A stretch of 64,000 bases of DNA, from contig CAWCFX010000004.1 of the NCBI GenBank assembly GCA_963795085.1, positions 416,001-480,000 on the forward strand. The letters are read 5' to 3'. The notes below the pieces were generated by a model. The model had not been told where the DNA came from and did not search any database. It saw only the letters and a program-made list of their open reading frames with translations. The translations under genes and the position numbers were made by a program. This DNA is from an uncultured Gemmatimonadales bacterium. GTDB lineage: Bacteria; Gemmatimonadota; Gemmatimonadetes; Gemmatimonadales; GWC2-71-9. This document shows positions 39,668 through 49,141 of the stretch, in pieces. The stretch's first letter is position 1. Every line of letters begins with the position of its first letter.

Positions 39668-40753
39668 ATGCGCCGCTCGCCGCTTCTCCTCCTGCTTGGA
39701 CTCTCGGCGGTACCCGCGTCCGCCGTTGCCCAGCGGGAACCAGCCAGGAACGTGGTGTATGTCACGCTGGATGGCCTGCGATGGCAGGAAGTCTTCGATG
39801 GCGCATCCCCCGCATTCATGGGCCGCGACGCGGGCGGCGGCCGGGTGCCCGATTCGGCCGGGCTGGCCGCCCGGTTCTGGAGGCCCGCGGCGAGGGACCG
39901 GCGCCGTGCCCTCATGCCGTTTCTCTGGAGCACCGTGCTGGAACAGGGCCAGATTATCGGGGACCCTGCCCTGGGCGCGAGTGCCTACGTCACCAACGGC
40001 CTCTGGTTTTCCTATCCCGGGTACAGCGAGATGCTGGCGGGCCGCGCCGACCCGCGGATCGACAGCAACGACCCGGTTCCGAATCCCAATGTGACCGTGC
40101 TGGAATGGCTCCACCGGCAACCGGGATTCCCGGGCCGGGTCGCCGCGTTCGGGAGCTGGGAGATCCTCCCGTATATCGTGAATTCCGCCCGGAGCGGAAT
40201 CTACGCCAACGGGGACGGTCCTCCGGTGGCGAATCCGGCCACCGCGCGAGACAGTGCCCTCAATGAACTCAGCGCCCAGTTGCCACCCCTGTGGGGCAGC
40301 ACCCGGCTCGACGGGCCCACCATGCTGGGGGCGCTGGAATACATTCGCCGGGAGAAACCGCGGGTGTTATACGTCATGCTGGGTGAAACCGACGAGTGGG
40401 CGCACGACCAGCGGTACGATCTGTATCTCGACGCCGCCTGGCGTGGAGACCAGTTCATCCGGCAGCTGTGGGAAACGATGCAGGCCATGCCGGAATATGC
40501 CGGCACAACCGCGCTGGTCATCTCTACCGACCACGGCCGGGGGAGCGCCCCGCCAACCTGGGGCAATCACGGGAAGGACTACCCCGAGGCGGGGCGGATC
40601 TGGATCGCGGCTCTCGGCGCCGGGATCCCGGCAAGGGGAAACCGGGCGAACATCGAGGTCACCCAGAGCCAGGTGGCGGCCACTCTGGCCCGGCTGCTGG
40701 GCCTGGACTTCCGGGCCGCGGCGCCCCAGGCCGAGCCTCCGCTGGCGTTCTAG
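39668..40753 (+). CDS. Exported alkaline-phosphatase-superfamily protein
   Basis: VTLDGLRWQEVF, FSYPGYSE (Ser nucleophile), ETDEWAH, STDHGRG, WGNHG; signal peptide. Confidence 0.85.
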   Translation: MRRSPLLLLLGLSAVPASAVAQREPARNVVYVTLDGLRWQEVFDGASPAFMGRDAGGGRVPDSAGLAARFWRPAARDRRRALMPFLWSTVLEQGQIIGDPALGASAYVTNGLWFSYPGYSEMLAGRADPRIDSNDPVPNPNVTVLEWLHRQPGFPGRVAAFGSWEILPYIVNSARSGIYANGDGPPVANPATARDSALNELSAQLPPLWGSTRLDGPTMLGALEYIRREKPRVLYVMLGETDEWAHDQRYDLYLDAAWRGDQFIRQLWETMQAMPEYAGTTALVISTDHGRGSAPPTWGNHGKDYPEAGRIWIAALGAGIPARGNRANIEVTQSQVAATLARLLGLDFRAAAPQAEPPLAF

Positions 40754-40824
40754 CCGCCCTATCCGGCGCCGGTCTCCGGTCGTATCTTGTCCCGGCGCGT
40801 TCCCTCCCCGTGCCCCGAGGCTCC

Positions 40825-42669
40825 ATGAAGGCCGCATCGCTGGTTTTCGCCCTTGGCCTGTCTTTCCTGGCCGGGCCTTCAGGCGGCAATCGCATCACCC
40901 TTCCCGACATCGTGGCCAACGACAACCGGGTTCCCGCGGGGTGGCTGCATGGCGATACCCTGGAGCTCGCCCTGGACGTGCGGATGGGATCGTGGCGGCC
41001 CGAGTCGGATACGGGGCCTGCCGTCGAGGTCGCCGCCTTTGCCGAGCGGGGCCAGGCTCCGACTATCCCGGCGCCCCTGATCCGGGTGCCCGCGGGCACC
41101 CTGATTATTGCGCGGCTGCACAATCTCCTCCCCGATTCCAGCCTCGCCATTCACGGTCTTTTCACCCGGCCCGCCGGCCAGCCCGACAGCCTCGTTCTGG
41201 CCCCGCGCGATTCCGCCATCCTCCAGTTCCGCGCCGGCGAGGTCGGCACCTACCTGTACAAGGCGGTGCCAGGCGCCCACAGCTACGAGCTCGACGAGGA
41301 ACGGGAACAGATGGCCGGGGCCTTTATTGTGGATCCGCCCGGTGGTTCTCCACCCGACCGGGTCTTCGTCATGAATATCTGGGGCCGGCAAATGGACTCG
41401 GCCACCTACGGCAACGCGCTCACTATCAATGGCAGATCCTGGCCCTGGACTGAGCGCATCCGCGCCCAGGTGGGCGACACGCTCCGATGGCGGGTGATTA
41501 ATGCGTCGGGGCGCAACCACCCGATGCACCTGCACGGATTCTACTTCCGGATGGATTCCCACGGCGACTTTGCCAGGGATACGCTATACCCGGCCGAAGA
41601 CCGGCCCCTGCTGGTGACCCAGGGACTCCTTCCCTTCCGCACCATGACGATGGTCTGGAGCCCGGACCGTCCCGGTAACTGGCTCTTTCACTGCCATATC
41701 GGGTTTCACGTGCTGCCTGAGGCACGGGTCAACCCTCCCGGTCATGACCACGAGGACTACCGGGCCCACGATCCCCTTCGCCACATGTCAGGGTTGATCC
41801 TGGGTATCGAAGTCCAGCCGCGGGCCGATGACCCCCCGGAGTCCCGGGACAACCCCGAACGGCTGCGGCTGTTCATCCAGGAAGGCCGGCCGCGGGGCCG
41901 GGCTCTGCGGGCGCTGGGCTTCGTGCTGCAGGAAGGTCACCGCCCGCCCGCTCCCGACTCGGTGGTGTTGCCGGGCACTCCCCTCATTCTGACCCGAGGC
42001 CGCCCGACCGACGTTGTCGTGGTCAACCGGCTCCGGGAGGCGTCGGTGATCCACTGGCACGGTGTCGAGCTGGAGAGCTACTCCGACGGGGTGGCCGGGT
42101 GGAGCGGGATGGGCGATCGCATCGCGCCCTCGGTGGAGCCGGGCGATTCCTTCGTGGCCCGTCTCACCCTGCCGCGCGCAGGCACTTTCATCTATCACAC
42201 CCATCTCAACGACATCGAACAGCTCACCTCCGGCCTCTACGGCGGGATCGTCGTCCTGGAACCCGGCCGGCGCTGGGACCCGGACACCGACCACCTCTAC
42301 GTGGCGGGGTGGGACAGTCCTGCGGAGGATTCAGCCGGTCCCCGCATCCTGCTCAACGGCGATTCCCTGCCGGCAGCCCGAACCCTTCGGGCGGGGGTAA
42401 CCCACCGGTTCCGGTTCATCAACATCGGGCCAGCCGCCCGGTTTAACATCCGGATCTACCGCGATACGACCCTCGCCGAGTGGCGGGTGGTAGCCAAGGA
42501 TGGCGCCGACTTCCCGCCTCGCCGGCGGCGACTGACGCCGGCTCGTTTCCGGTTCGACGTGGGCGAAACATTCGATGCCGAGGTGGTGTTCCGGCCCGGC
42601 ACCTACCGGCTCGTTGCGGCGCTGGGCCCGGCACACCCATTTTACGAGCAGCGACTGGTGGTGCGGTAA
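40825..42669 (+). CDS. Multicopper oxidase, four cupredoxin domains in permuted motif order
   Basis: HPMHLHG, HCHIGFH..M, IHWHG, YHTH; signal peptide MKAASLVFALG. Confidence 0.9.
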   Translation: MKAASLVFALGLSFLAGPSGGNRITLPDIVANDNRVPAGWLHGDTLELALDVRMGSWRPESDTGPAVEVAAFAERGQAPTIPAPLIRVPAGTLIIARLHNLLPDSSLAIHGLFTRPAGQPDSLVLAPRDSAILQFRAGEVGTYLYKAVPGAHSYELDEEREQMAGAFIVDPPGGSPPDRVFVMNIWGRQMDSATYGNALTINGRSWPWTERIRAQVGDTLRWRVINASGRNHPMHLHGFYFRMDSHGDFARDTLYPAEDRPLLVTQGLLPFRTMTMVWSPDRPGNWLFHCHIGFHVLPEARVNPPGHDHEDYRAHDPLRHMSGLILGIEVQPRADDPPESRDNPERLRLFIQEGRPRGRALRALGFVLQEGHRPPAPDSVVLPGTPLILTRGRPTDVVVVNRLREASVIHWHGVELESYSDGVAGWSGMGDRIAPSVEPGDSFVARLTLPRAGTFIYHTHLNDIEQLTSGLYGGIVVLEPGRRWDPDTDHLYVAGWDSPAEDSAGPRILLNGDSLPAARTLRAGVTHRFRFINIGPAARFNIRIYRDTTLAEWRVVAKDGADFPPRRRRLTPARFRFDVGETFDAEVVFRPGTYRLVAALGPAHPFYEQRLVVR

Positions 42670-42769
42670 TCGACGCATGCTCCATCGATTGTGGGCAGCG
42701 GACGGCCAGGGTCTTGTGTCTTTGTGTTGGTTCGTCCAGGTATCCGGGAAGCCGAATGGGAGCTGCTTG

Positions 42770-43006
42770 ATGGCCTACCGAAACTTTACCGACCGGCAGG
42801 GAAGGAAATGGGAAATCCGCGAGCGGAGCCGCTCCGAGTGGGAGCTGCATCCCGCCGGCGACAACCGGGAGCGGATGCGCACGGTGCGCTCACCCGGGTA
42901 TGAGAAGGACCCCTTTGAGCTGAGCGTCGAAGAACTGGTGCGGTTGCTGGACGAGCCGGATATCCTGGGCCGGAGCAGGCCACCCAAGTCTCCTTTCGCG
43001 GACTAG
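42770..43006 (+). CDS. Small hypothetical protein
   Basis: GGGAG RBS, MAYRNFTDRQGRKWEI...LSVEELVRLLD; stop abuts the gltS start. Confidence 0.7.
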   Translation: MAYRNFTDRQGRKWEIRERSRSEWELHPAGDNRERMRTVRSPGYEKDPFELSVEELVRLLDEPDILGRSRPPKSPFAD

Positions 43007-44233
43007 ATGACCTTCACATTCGACATGATCCAGACCACCGCCCTGGCCGCGGTGGTCCTCTTCGCCGGCTACGAGATTCGCCGCCGGGTCGCCGTACTCG
43101 ACCGCTTCAATATCCCCGCCCCTGTCGTCGGCGGGTTTCTGTTTGCGGCGCTGGCACTGGCGCTCCGACAGGCGGGTCTCGTCACCCTCGAGTTCGACAC
43201 CACCCTGCAGTCGCCCTTCATGATCGCTTTCTTTACCGCGATCGGTTTGGGCGCCAGTCTGGGCCTGCTCAAGATCGGGGGCCCCCAGGTGCTCACCTTC
43301 TGGCTGCTGGCCTCGGTGGTGGCCGTCATTCAGAACGCGGTCGGGGTCGGTCTCGCCACCGCGATGGACGTGCATCCCTTCCTCGGCCTGGTGACCGGCT
43401 CCATCACCATGACCGGCGGGCACGGCACCGGCGCCGCGTTCGGCAAGCTGCTGGAAGAACAGTACCAGTTCCCCGGCGCGGTCACCCTGGCCATGGCCGC
43501 CGCCACCTTCGGGCTGGTCGCAGGCGGGCTGATCGGCAGCCCCATCGGGACCCGGCTGATCGGGCGCGGCGGTCTCAAGCCGGCGCCGACCCCGGTCGTC
43601 GGGGCGCCGCGGGGGTTCGAGGCGGCGGCCGTGAACGAGGAGATCTCGCCCGAGGCGCCGGGCGAGGCGCCCACTGCCTACCTCCTGATGAAGATTCTCA
43701 CCATCATCCTGGTCTGCATGTGGCTGGGCGGGCTCCTCTCCCAGTGGCTGGGGCAGTTCGTCACCCTTCCGGGCTACATCGGCGCTATGATTGTCGCGGC
43801 GGTGTTCCGGAACCTCGCGGACCTGTCGAAGACCGTGCGGATCGAGGCGCGGGTCGTGGACGACCTGGGCACCATCGCGCTGTCGCTCTTTCTCACCATG
43901 GCGCTTATGACGCTCCGGCTCTGGGAGCTGCTCGACCTGGCGCTGCCGATGTTCGTCATTCTTATCGTCCAAGTGGCGATGCTGGCCGCCTTTGCCTACT
44001 GGATCACGTTCCGGGTCATGGGGCGGGACTACGACGCGGCCGTCATGGCCGGCGGCCACTGCGGGTTCGGGTTGGGCGCCACGCCCAACGCGGTAGCCAA
44101 CATGCGCTCCCTGGAGGAGCGCTTCGGCCCCGCGCCGCGGGCCTTTCTCGTCCTGCCCATGGTCGGCGCCTTTTTCATCGACTTTACCAATGCGCTCATC
44201 ATCACGACCTGGATCAACCTGGTAAAACCCTGA
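43007..44233 (+). CDS. gltS: Sodium/glutamate symporter
   Basis: FNIPAPVVGG, MIAFFTAIG, GSITMTGGHGT, AAATFGLVAGGLIGSP, GHCGFGLGATPNA, GAFFIDFTNA. Confidence 0.95.
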   Translation: MTFTFDMIQTTALAAVVLFAGYEIRRRVAVLDRFNIPAPVVGGFLFAALALALRQAGLVTLEFDTTLQSPFMIAFFTAIGLGASLGLLKIGGPQVLTFWLLASVVAVIQNAVGVGLATAMDVHPFLGLVTGSITMTGGHGTGAAFGKLLEEQYQFPGAVTLAMAAATFGLVAGGLIGSPIGTRLIGRGGLKPAPTPVVGAPRGFEAAAVNEEISPEAPGEAPTAYLLMKILTIILVCMWLGGLLSQWLGQFVTLPGYIGAMIVAAVFRNLADLSKTVRIEARVVDDLGTIALSLFLTMALMTLRLWELLDLALPMFVILIVQVAMLAAFAYWITFRVMGRDYDAAVMAGGHCGFGLGATPNAVANMRSLEERFGPAPRAFLVLPMVGAFFIDFTNALIITTWINLVKP

Positions 44234-44273
44234 CCATGGGGCGCAATTCCCGGTGTGTGTGGCGCGCAGTACC

Positions 44274-46130
44274 ATGATGGTCCCACAGCTTTTCCTGGCG
44301 GCGCTGGCGCTGGTCCTGCTGCCCGTGCTCCCTCCGGCGGGCCGGGACCCGCCGACCCGCGTCGTCCCCAATGACAACCAGGCCCCCGCCGGAATCCGGC
44401 GAGGCGATACCCTCGAGATCGCGCTCGAGGTCCGGATGGGAACCTGGTATCCGGAAGCGGACAGCGGCCCCGGTATCGAGGTGGCCGCCCTGGCCGAAGC
44501 GGGGTCGGCGCCATCCATACCGGGGCCCCTGGTACGAGTTCCGGCCGGTACGGCAATCGTGGCGACCGTCACCAACCTGCTTCCTGATTCCACCATCGCT
44601 GTCCATGGCCTGGCGACCCATCCTGTCCCGCCCGGCGACAGCCTGGTACTCCGGCCCGGGGAGTCGCGCACGGTTCGCTTCACTGCCGGCGCCCCGGGGA
44701 CCTATCTCTATCGCGCGGTACTCGGCCACTACGTCCTCGACCGCCAGCGGAGCGACGAGCGGGACCAGCTGGCCGGCGCGTTCATCGTGGATCCCCCGGG
44801 CGGATCGCCGGCCGACCGGATACTGGTGATCAACATCTGGGGCGGTCGCCAGGACTCGGTCCGGTGGCACCCGGCCGACTACCGGAACGCCCTGGCGATC
44901 AACGGGCGGTCCTGGCCGTACACCGAACGATTGGAGGCGACGACTGGCGATACCGTCCGCTGGCGGGTGATCAATGCCAGCGGACGGACCCACCCCATGC
45001 ACCTGCACGGGTTCTACTTCCGGGTGCACGCCCGGGGCGATGGGGGGGCGGACACGCTCTACACGGCCGAGCAGAAACGGGAGGCCGTGACCGAGGTCAT
45101 GGGTCCGCTGTCCTCCATGGCAATGAGCTTCGTTCCTGACCGGCCGGGGAACTGGCTGTTCCACTGTCACGTGGGATTCCACGTCATCCCGGAATCCCGG
45201 CTGGACCACGCCCGGGGAGCGTCCCATGCGGGTCATTCGGCGGACGCCGGGGAGCACATGTCCGGCCTCATCAGCGGGCTCGTGGTTCGGCCGGGAGCCG
45301 GCTGGACGGAATCGGCCAGGCCTGACGGGCGCCGGATGCGGCTCTTCGTGCAGGAGGGACGACGGCGGCACCGGGCGCCCCGGACCTTGTCCTACGTGCT
45401 GGAGGAGGGCGGCCGCCCGCCCGCCGCCGACTCGGTCGTCGTGCCCGGCTCTTCCCTGGTGCTCACCCGGGGCCAGGCGACGGATATCGTGGTCGTCAAC
45501 CGGATGAGGGAGCCGACGGCCGTCCACTGGCACGGTATCGAACTGGAGAGTTTTTCCGACGGCGTGGCCGGTTGGAGCGGCACCGACGGCACGCTGGCGC
45601 CCGTCATCGCGCCCGGTGACTCGTTCGTCGCCCGGCTGACGCTGCCCCGGGCCGGCACTTTCATTTATCACACCCACCACAATGACCTGGAGCAACTCAC
45701 GTCCGGCCTCTACGGCGCGATCCTCGTTCTGGAGCCGGGAACGCCATTCGATGCCCGCCGCGACCATCCTTTCGTGGTGGGCTGGGATGGCAACTTTCTT
45801 CCCGCCAGGCAGGTCGTCAATGGCGACTCGCTGCCGGCTCCGCTTCACCTGGTGCCTGGGGTGTCGCACCGGTTCCGGCTGGTCAACATCGGCGCGGCCC
45901 AGCCTGCCGTGTTTGTGCTGAGCCGGGACGGAGAACTGGTCCAGTGGCGCCGGGTCGCCAAGGACGGGGCGGATCTGCCCGCTCACCAGGCGCGGATGGC
46001 ACCGGCGCGGCAACTGGTGCAGGTGGGCGAGACCTACGACATACTGTTTGATCCGATGCCGGGGGAATACCAGTTGCAGGTGAGTTTCCAGGGCCGGCCT
46101 TTCTACACGCGCCGGATCGTGGTCCCCTGA
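44274..46130 (+). CDS. Multicopper oxidase paralog, same permuted four-domain layout
   Basis: HPMHLHG, HCHVGFH..M, VHWHG, YHTH; colinear with 40825-42669. Confidence 0.9.
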   Translation: MMVPQLFLAALALVLLPVLPPAGRDPPTRVVPNDNQAPAGIRRGDTLEIALEVRMGTWYPEADSGPGIEVAALAEAGSAPSIPGPLVRVPAGTAIVATVTNLLPDSTIAVHGLATHPVPPGDSLVLRPGESRTVRFTAGAPGTYLYRAVLGHYVLDRQRSDERDQLAGAFIVDPPGGSPADRILVINIWGGRQDSVRWHPADYRNALAINGRSWPYTERLEATTGDTVRWRVINASGRTHPMHLHGFYFRVHARGDGGADTLYTAEQKREAVTEVMGPLSSMAMSFVPDRPGNWLFHCHVGFHVIPESRLDHARGASHAGHSADAGEHMSGLISGLVVRPGAGWTESARPDGRRMRLFVQEGRRRHRAPRTLSYVLEEGGRPPAADSVVVPGSSLVLTRGQATDIVVVNRMREPTAVHWHGIELESFSDGVAGWSGTDGTLAPVIAPGDSFVARLTLPRAGTFIYHTHHNDLEQLTSGLYGAILVLEPGTPFDARRDHPFVVGWDGNFLPARQVVNGDSLPAPLHLVPGVSHRFRLVNIGAAQPAVFVLSRDGELVQWRRVAKDGADLPAHQARMAPARQLVQVGETYDILFDPMPGEYQLQVSFQGRPFYTRRIVVP

Positions 46131-46248
46131 TCGCACACTTGCCTCACCTCCCCCGAACGGGGATCTTTGAGGCCACCCTCTACATGGCCAAGCTGCTGAC
46201 TAATACATACGTACCGGTCCAGGGCAGACCCCCGCTGCCGGGTCAATC

Positions 46249-48870
46249 TTGAGCCTGCCCGCCGGCCTCGTGACCGCCCTGGCCGACCGCTACCGCCTCG
46301 AGCGGGAGCTGGGGCAGGGCGGCATGGCCACCGTATACCTCGCCGAGGACCTTCGGCACGACCGCAAGGTCGCGGTCAAGGTGCTGCGGCCGGACATTTC
46401 CGCCATCCTGGGCGGCGAGCGGTTCCTCGCCGAGATCAAGACCACGGCCAACCTGCAGCACCCGCACATCCTTCCGCTCCACGACTCGGGCGAGGCGGCG
46501 GGCATGGTGTACTACGTCATGCCCTATGTCCAGGGGGAAAGCCTGCGGGACCGTCTCGTCCGGGACCACCAGCTGCCGGTGGACGAGGCGGTCCGGATCG
46601 GCCGGGAGATCGCCGACGCGCTGCAGTACGCCCACGAGCACGGCATTGTCCACCGGGACATCAAGCCGGAGAACATCCTGCTCCACGGCGGCCACGCGAT
46701 GGTGGCCGATTTCGGGATTGCGCTGGCCGCCAGCCGGAGCGACGGCGCGAGCCGGATGACCGAGACCGGCATGTCGCTGGGCACGCCCCACTACATGGCG
46801 CCCGAGCAGGCCATGGGTGAGCGCGAGATCACGCCGCGCTGCGACGTGTATGCCCTGGGCTGCGTGGTCTACGAGATGCTGGCCGGCGAGCCGCCTTTCA
46901 CCGGGCCCACCGCGCAGGCGATCATCGCCCGGGTGATGACCGAAGAGCCGCGGAGCCTGGCGATCCAGCGGCGGTCGGTGCCGGAGTACGTCGAGGCCGC
47001 GGTCAATCATGCGCTGGAGAAGCTGCCCGCCGACCGGTTTCCCACCGCCCGGGCCTTCGGCGAGGCGCTGGCCGGCCCGGTCACTGCCGCCGCAGGCTGG
47101 TCCCGCTCCTCCACCGCTGCCCGCCGGGTCGATCGGTCGTCTCCCTTGCGCCGGGGTCTTCCTTATCTATTAACCGCGCTGGGACTGCTGGCGGGTGTCC
47201 TGATCGGCAGTCGGCTGGGGGAGAAGGCGGCGCCGCCCCGACCGCTCCGGCTGGTGGTGCCCATCCCCGCCGAGACTCCGCCGGTGGCCATCCGGCTCTC
47301 GCCGGATGGAAGCACCCTCGCGTACATCAGCGGCCAGGGCGGGCGGCTGGCGATTTACGTCCGCCGGCTGGACGAGCTGGCGGCTCGCCGCCTCGAGGGA
47401 ACCGAGGACGCGTTCACCCTCAGCTTCTCCCCCGACGGGGAATACATCGCCTTCATGGTGGGAACCACCGCCCGGCGAGTACCCGTGCGCGGCGGAGCGG
47501 CGGTGGGGATCCCGGTGCAGACCGCGGCGGGGACCGTCACCGCCGCCCTGGAGTACGCCGGTCCCGACCGGTTCGTCATGAGCACGCAGGACGGCCTGGT
47601 CAGGGTGGGGCCGAACGGCGAGCTGGAGCTGTTCGCCCGGCAGGATTCCGCGGCCGGCGAGTCCGCCCTCTCCCTCAACCAGGTCCTGCCCGATGGGTGG
47701 GTGCTGGGGCGGAGCTGGACTGAGCCGCCCTACGGACCAATCCTCGCCTTCGATCCGGCCTCCGGAAAGCGGATCGTGATCGCCCCGGTCGTCGCGTCGT
47801 GGGCCGGATATGCCGACGGAGTCCTCGCCTGGACCCTGGCCGACGGGGCGCTCTATGCGGCGCCGTTCGATCTCGAGAACAAGCGGCTCGCCGGCCCTGC
47901 CCGCCCGGTCGGAGCCACGGTGCTCTCCGTACTCGGGTTCGTCCCACCGGTAACGATCGCGCCCGGCGGCCTGGCCTACGTTCCGACCCGCCCGCGATCC
48001 CTGGTGAAGATCTCCCGGGGTGGAGAGGTGACCCCCCTGCTCGAATCCGACCGGACCTACCACGACCCCCGGGTGTCCCCTGACGGGCGGCGAATCGCGC
48101 TGGACCTGACCGACCAGGAGCGCGATATCTGGCTCCTCGACATCGCCGATGCCACGCTGACCCGGTTCGGCTTCGATTCCGTGGCGCACGATGCCGAGTG
48201 GATGCCCGATGGACGGGGCCTCCTGTTCGCGGCCATCCGGGGCGGGAAGATCGGGGTCTTTCGGCGGCGGTTCGATTCGGGCGGCGCGGCGGACTCGGTC
48301 TTCGTCGGCCCCCAGCAGGTGACCATCCATACCTTGACTGCCGACGGCCGCACCGGCATCGGCGTCTCGCTCGATGCCGGGAGTTTCGACATCGTGTCCA
48401 TGGATCTCGCCGGGAACGACCCGACCCCTCGGCCCATCCTCCAGTCCCGGTACTCCGAGGGCTGGCCCGCGCTCTCGCCGGACGGCCGGTGGCTGGCGTA
48501 CCAGTCGGACGAGTCGGGACGGCAGGAGGTGTATATCCGGTCCTGGCCGGGCCTGGGGAACAAGGTCCAGGTGTCCCAGGGGGGCAGCGAGCCGGCCTGG
48601 TCGCCCGATGGGCGGGAACTGTTCTACCGGTCGGTGGGTGAGGGCCAGGAGTGGCTGGTCGCCGCCACGCTGGAGTGGGGCGACGTGCCGCGGGTCCGCT
48701 CCCGGGCCCGGCTCTTCGGCGTCGATAACATCGAGTTCGCCACCCCCCACCGGAATTACGACGTTTTTCCCGACGGCCGCTCCTTCGTGATGGTGCGCCA
48801 GGGGCAGCCGGACCAGCGGGCGGAGGTGGTGTACCTGCAAAATCTCCACCAGCTCGCCGGCACGCGATGA
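46249..48870 (+). CDS. Receptor-like Ser/Thr kinase K1 (kinase-TM-PD40 beta-propeller)
   Basis: GQGGMA, VAVK, HRDIKPEN, DFG, GTPHYMAPEQ; TM LPYLLTALGLLAGVLIG; repeated SPDG motifs; TTG start. Confidence 0.93.
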   Translation: MSLPAGLVTALADRYRLERELGQGGMATVYLAEDLRHDRKVAVKVLRPDISAILGGERFLAEIKTTANLQHPHILPLHDSGEAAGMVYYVMPYVQGESLRDRLVRDHQLPVDEAVRIGREIADALQYAHEHGIVHRDIKPENILLHGGHAMVADFGIALAASRSDGASRMTETGMSLGTPHYMAPEQAMGEREITPRCDVYALGCVVYEMLAGEPPFTGPTAQAIIARVMTEEPRSLAIQRRSVPEYVEAAVNHALEKLPADRFPTARAFGEALAGPVTAAAGWSRSSTAARRVDRSSPLRRGLPYLLTALGLLAGVLIGSRLGEKAAPPRPLRLVVPIPAETPPVAIRLSPDGSTLAYISGQGGRLAIYVRRLDELAARRLEGTEDAFTLSFSPDGEYIAFMVGTTARRVPVRGGAAVGIPVQTAAGTVTAALEYAGPDRFVMSTQDGLVRVGPNGELELFARQDSAAGESALSLNQVLPDGWVLGRSWTEPPYGPILAFDPASGKRIVIAPVVASWAGYADGVLAWTLADGALYAAPFDLENKRLAGPARPVGATVLSVLGFVPPVTIAPGGLAYVPTRPRSLVKISRGGEVTPLLESDRTYHDPRVSPDGRRIALDLTDQERDIWLLDIADATLTRFGFDSVAHDAEWMPDGRGLLFAAIRGGKIGVFRRRFDSGGAADSVFVGPQQVTIHTLTADGRTGIGVSLDAGSFDIVSMDLAGNDPTPRPILQSRYSEGWPALSPDGRWLAYQSDESGRQEVYIRSWPGLGNKVQVSQGGSEPAWSPDGRELFYRSVGEGQEWLVAATLEWGDVPRVRSRARLFGVDNIEFATPHRNYDVFPDGRSFVMVRQGQPDQRAEVVYLQNLHQLAGTR

Positions 48871-48916
48871 CGTCCCGCCGCGGCACCGATAAGCTCCCCT
48901 CTCGACCGCGACTGGC

Positions 48917-49141
48917 ATGACGGTGGACGGGTCGCTCGCCGCCGCCTTGGCCGACCGCTACCGCATCGAGCGGGCCGCGACTCACGTCGCTGCTCGGCAC
49001 GCCATCGCTTCGCGATTCCGCCTGTTCGAGAATCCTTCGGGCGGGAATTTCCGAAATAGATGGACTCACCAAGTGAAGTCGCTCCGCGACGTTGTGCCGA
49101 GCAGCGACGTAAATCGTGATTGCGGCGAGGTGGATGAATGA
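48917..49141 (+). pseudogene. Aborted kinase 5' end (19 codons) read in frame through a hairpin element
   Basis: MTVDGSLAAALADRYRIER then unrelated sequence; stop overlaps the K2 ATG (ATGA). Confidence 0.7.
48975..49125. other. ~150-nt inverted-repeat element (MITE-like or structured RNA)
   Basis: Perfect 17-bp IR ACGTCGCTGCTCGGCAC (48984-49000) / GTGCCGAGCAGCGACGT (49094-49110) with imperfect extensions and internal hairpins. Confidence 0.7.

Noticed and set aside
48975..49125. Integron attC site
   Set aside because: No RYYYAAC/GTTRRRY end boxes in the right positions, no similar sites at other gene junctions, and no integrase in the window
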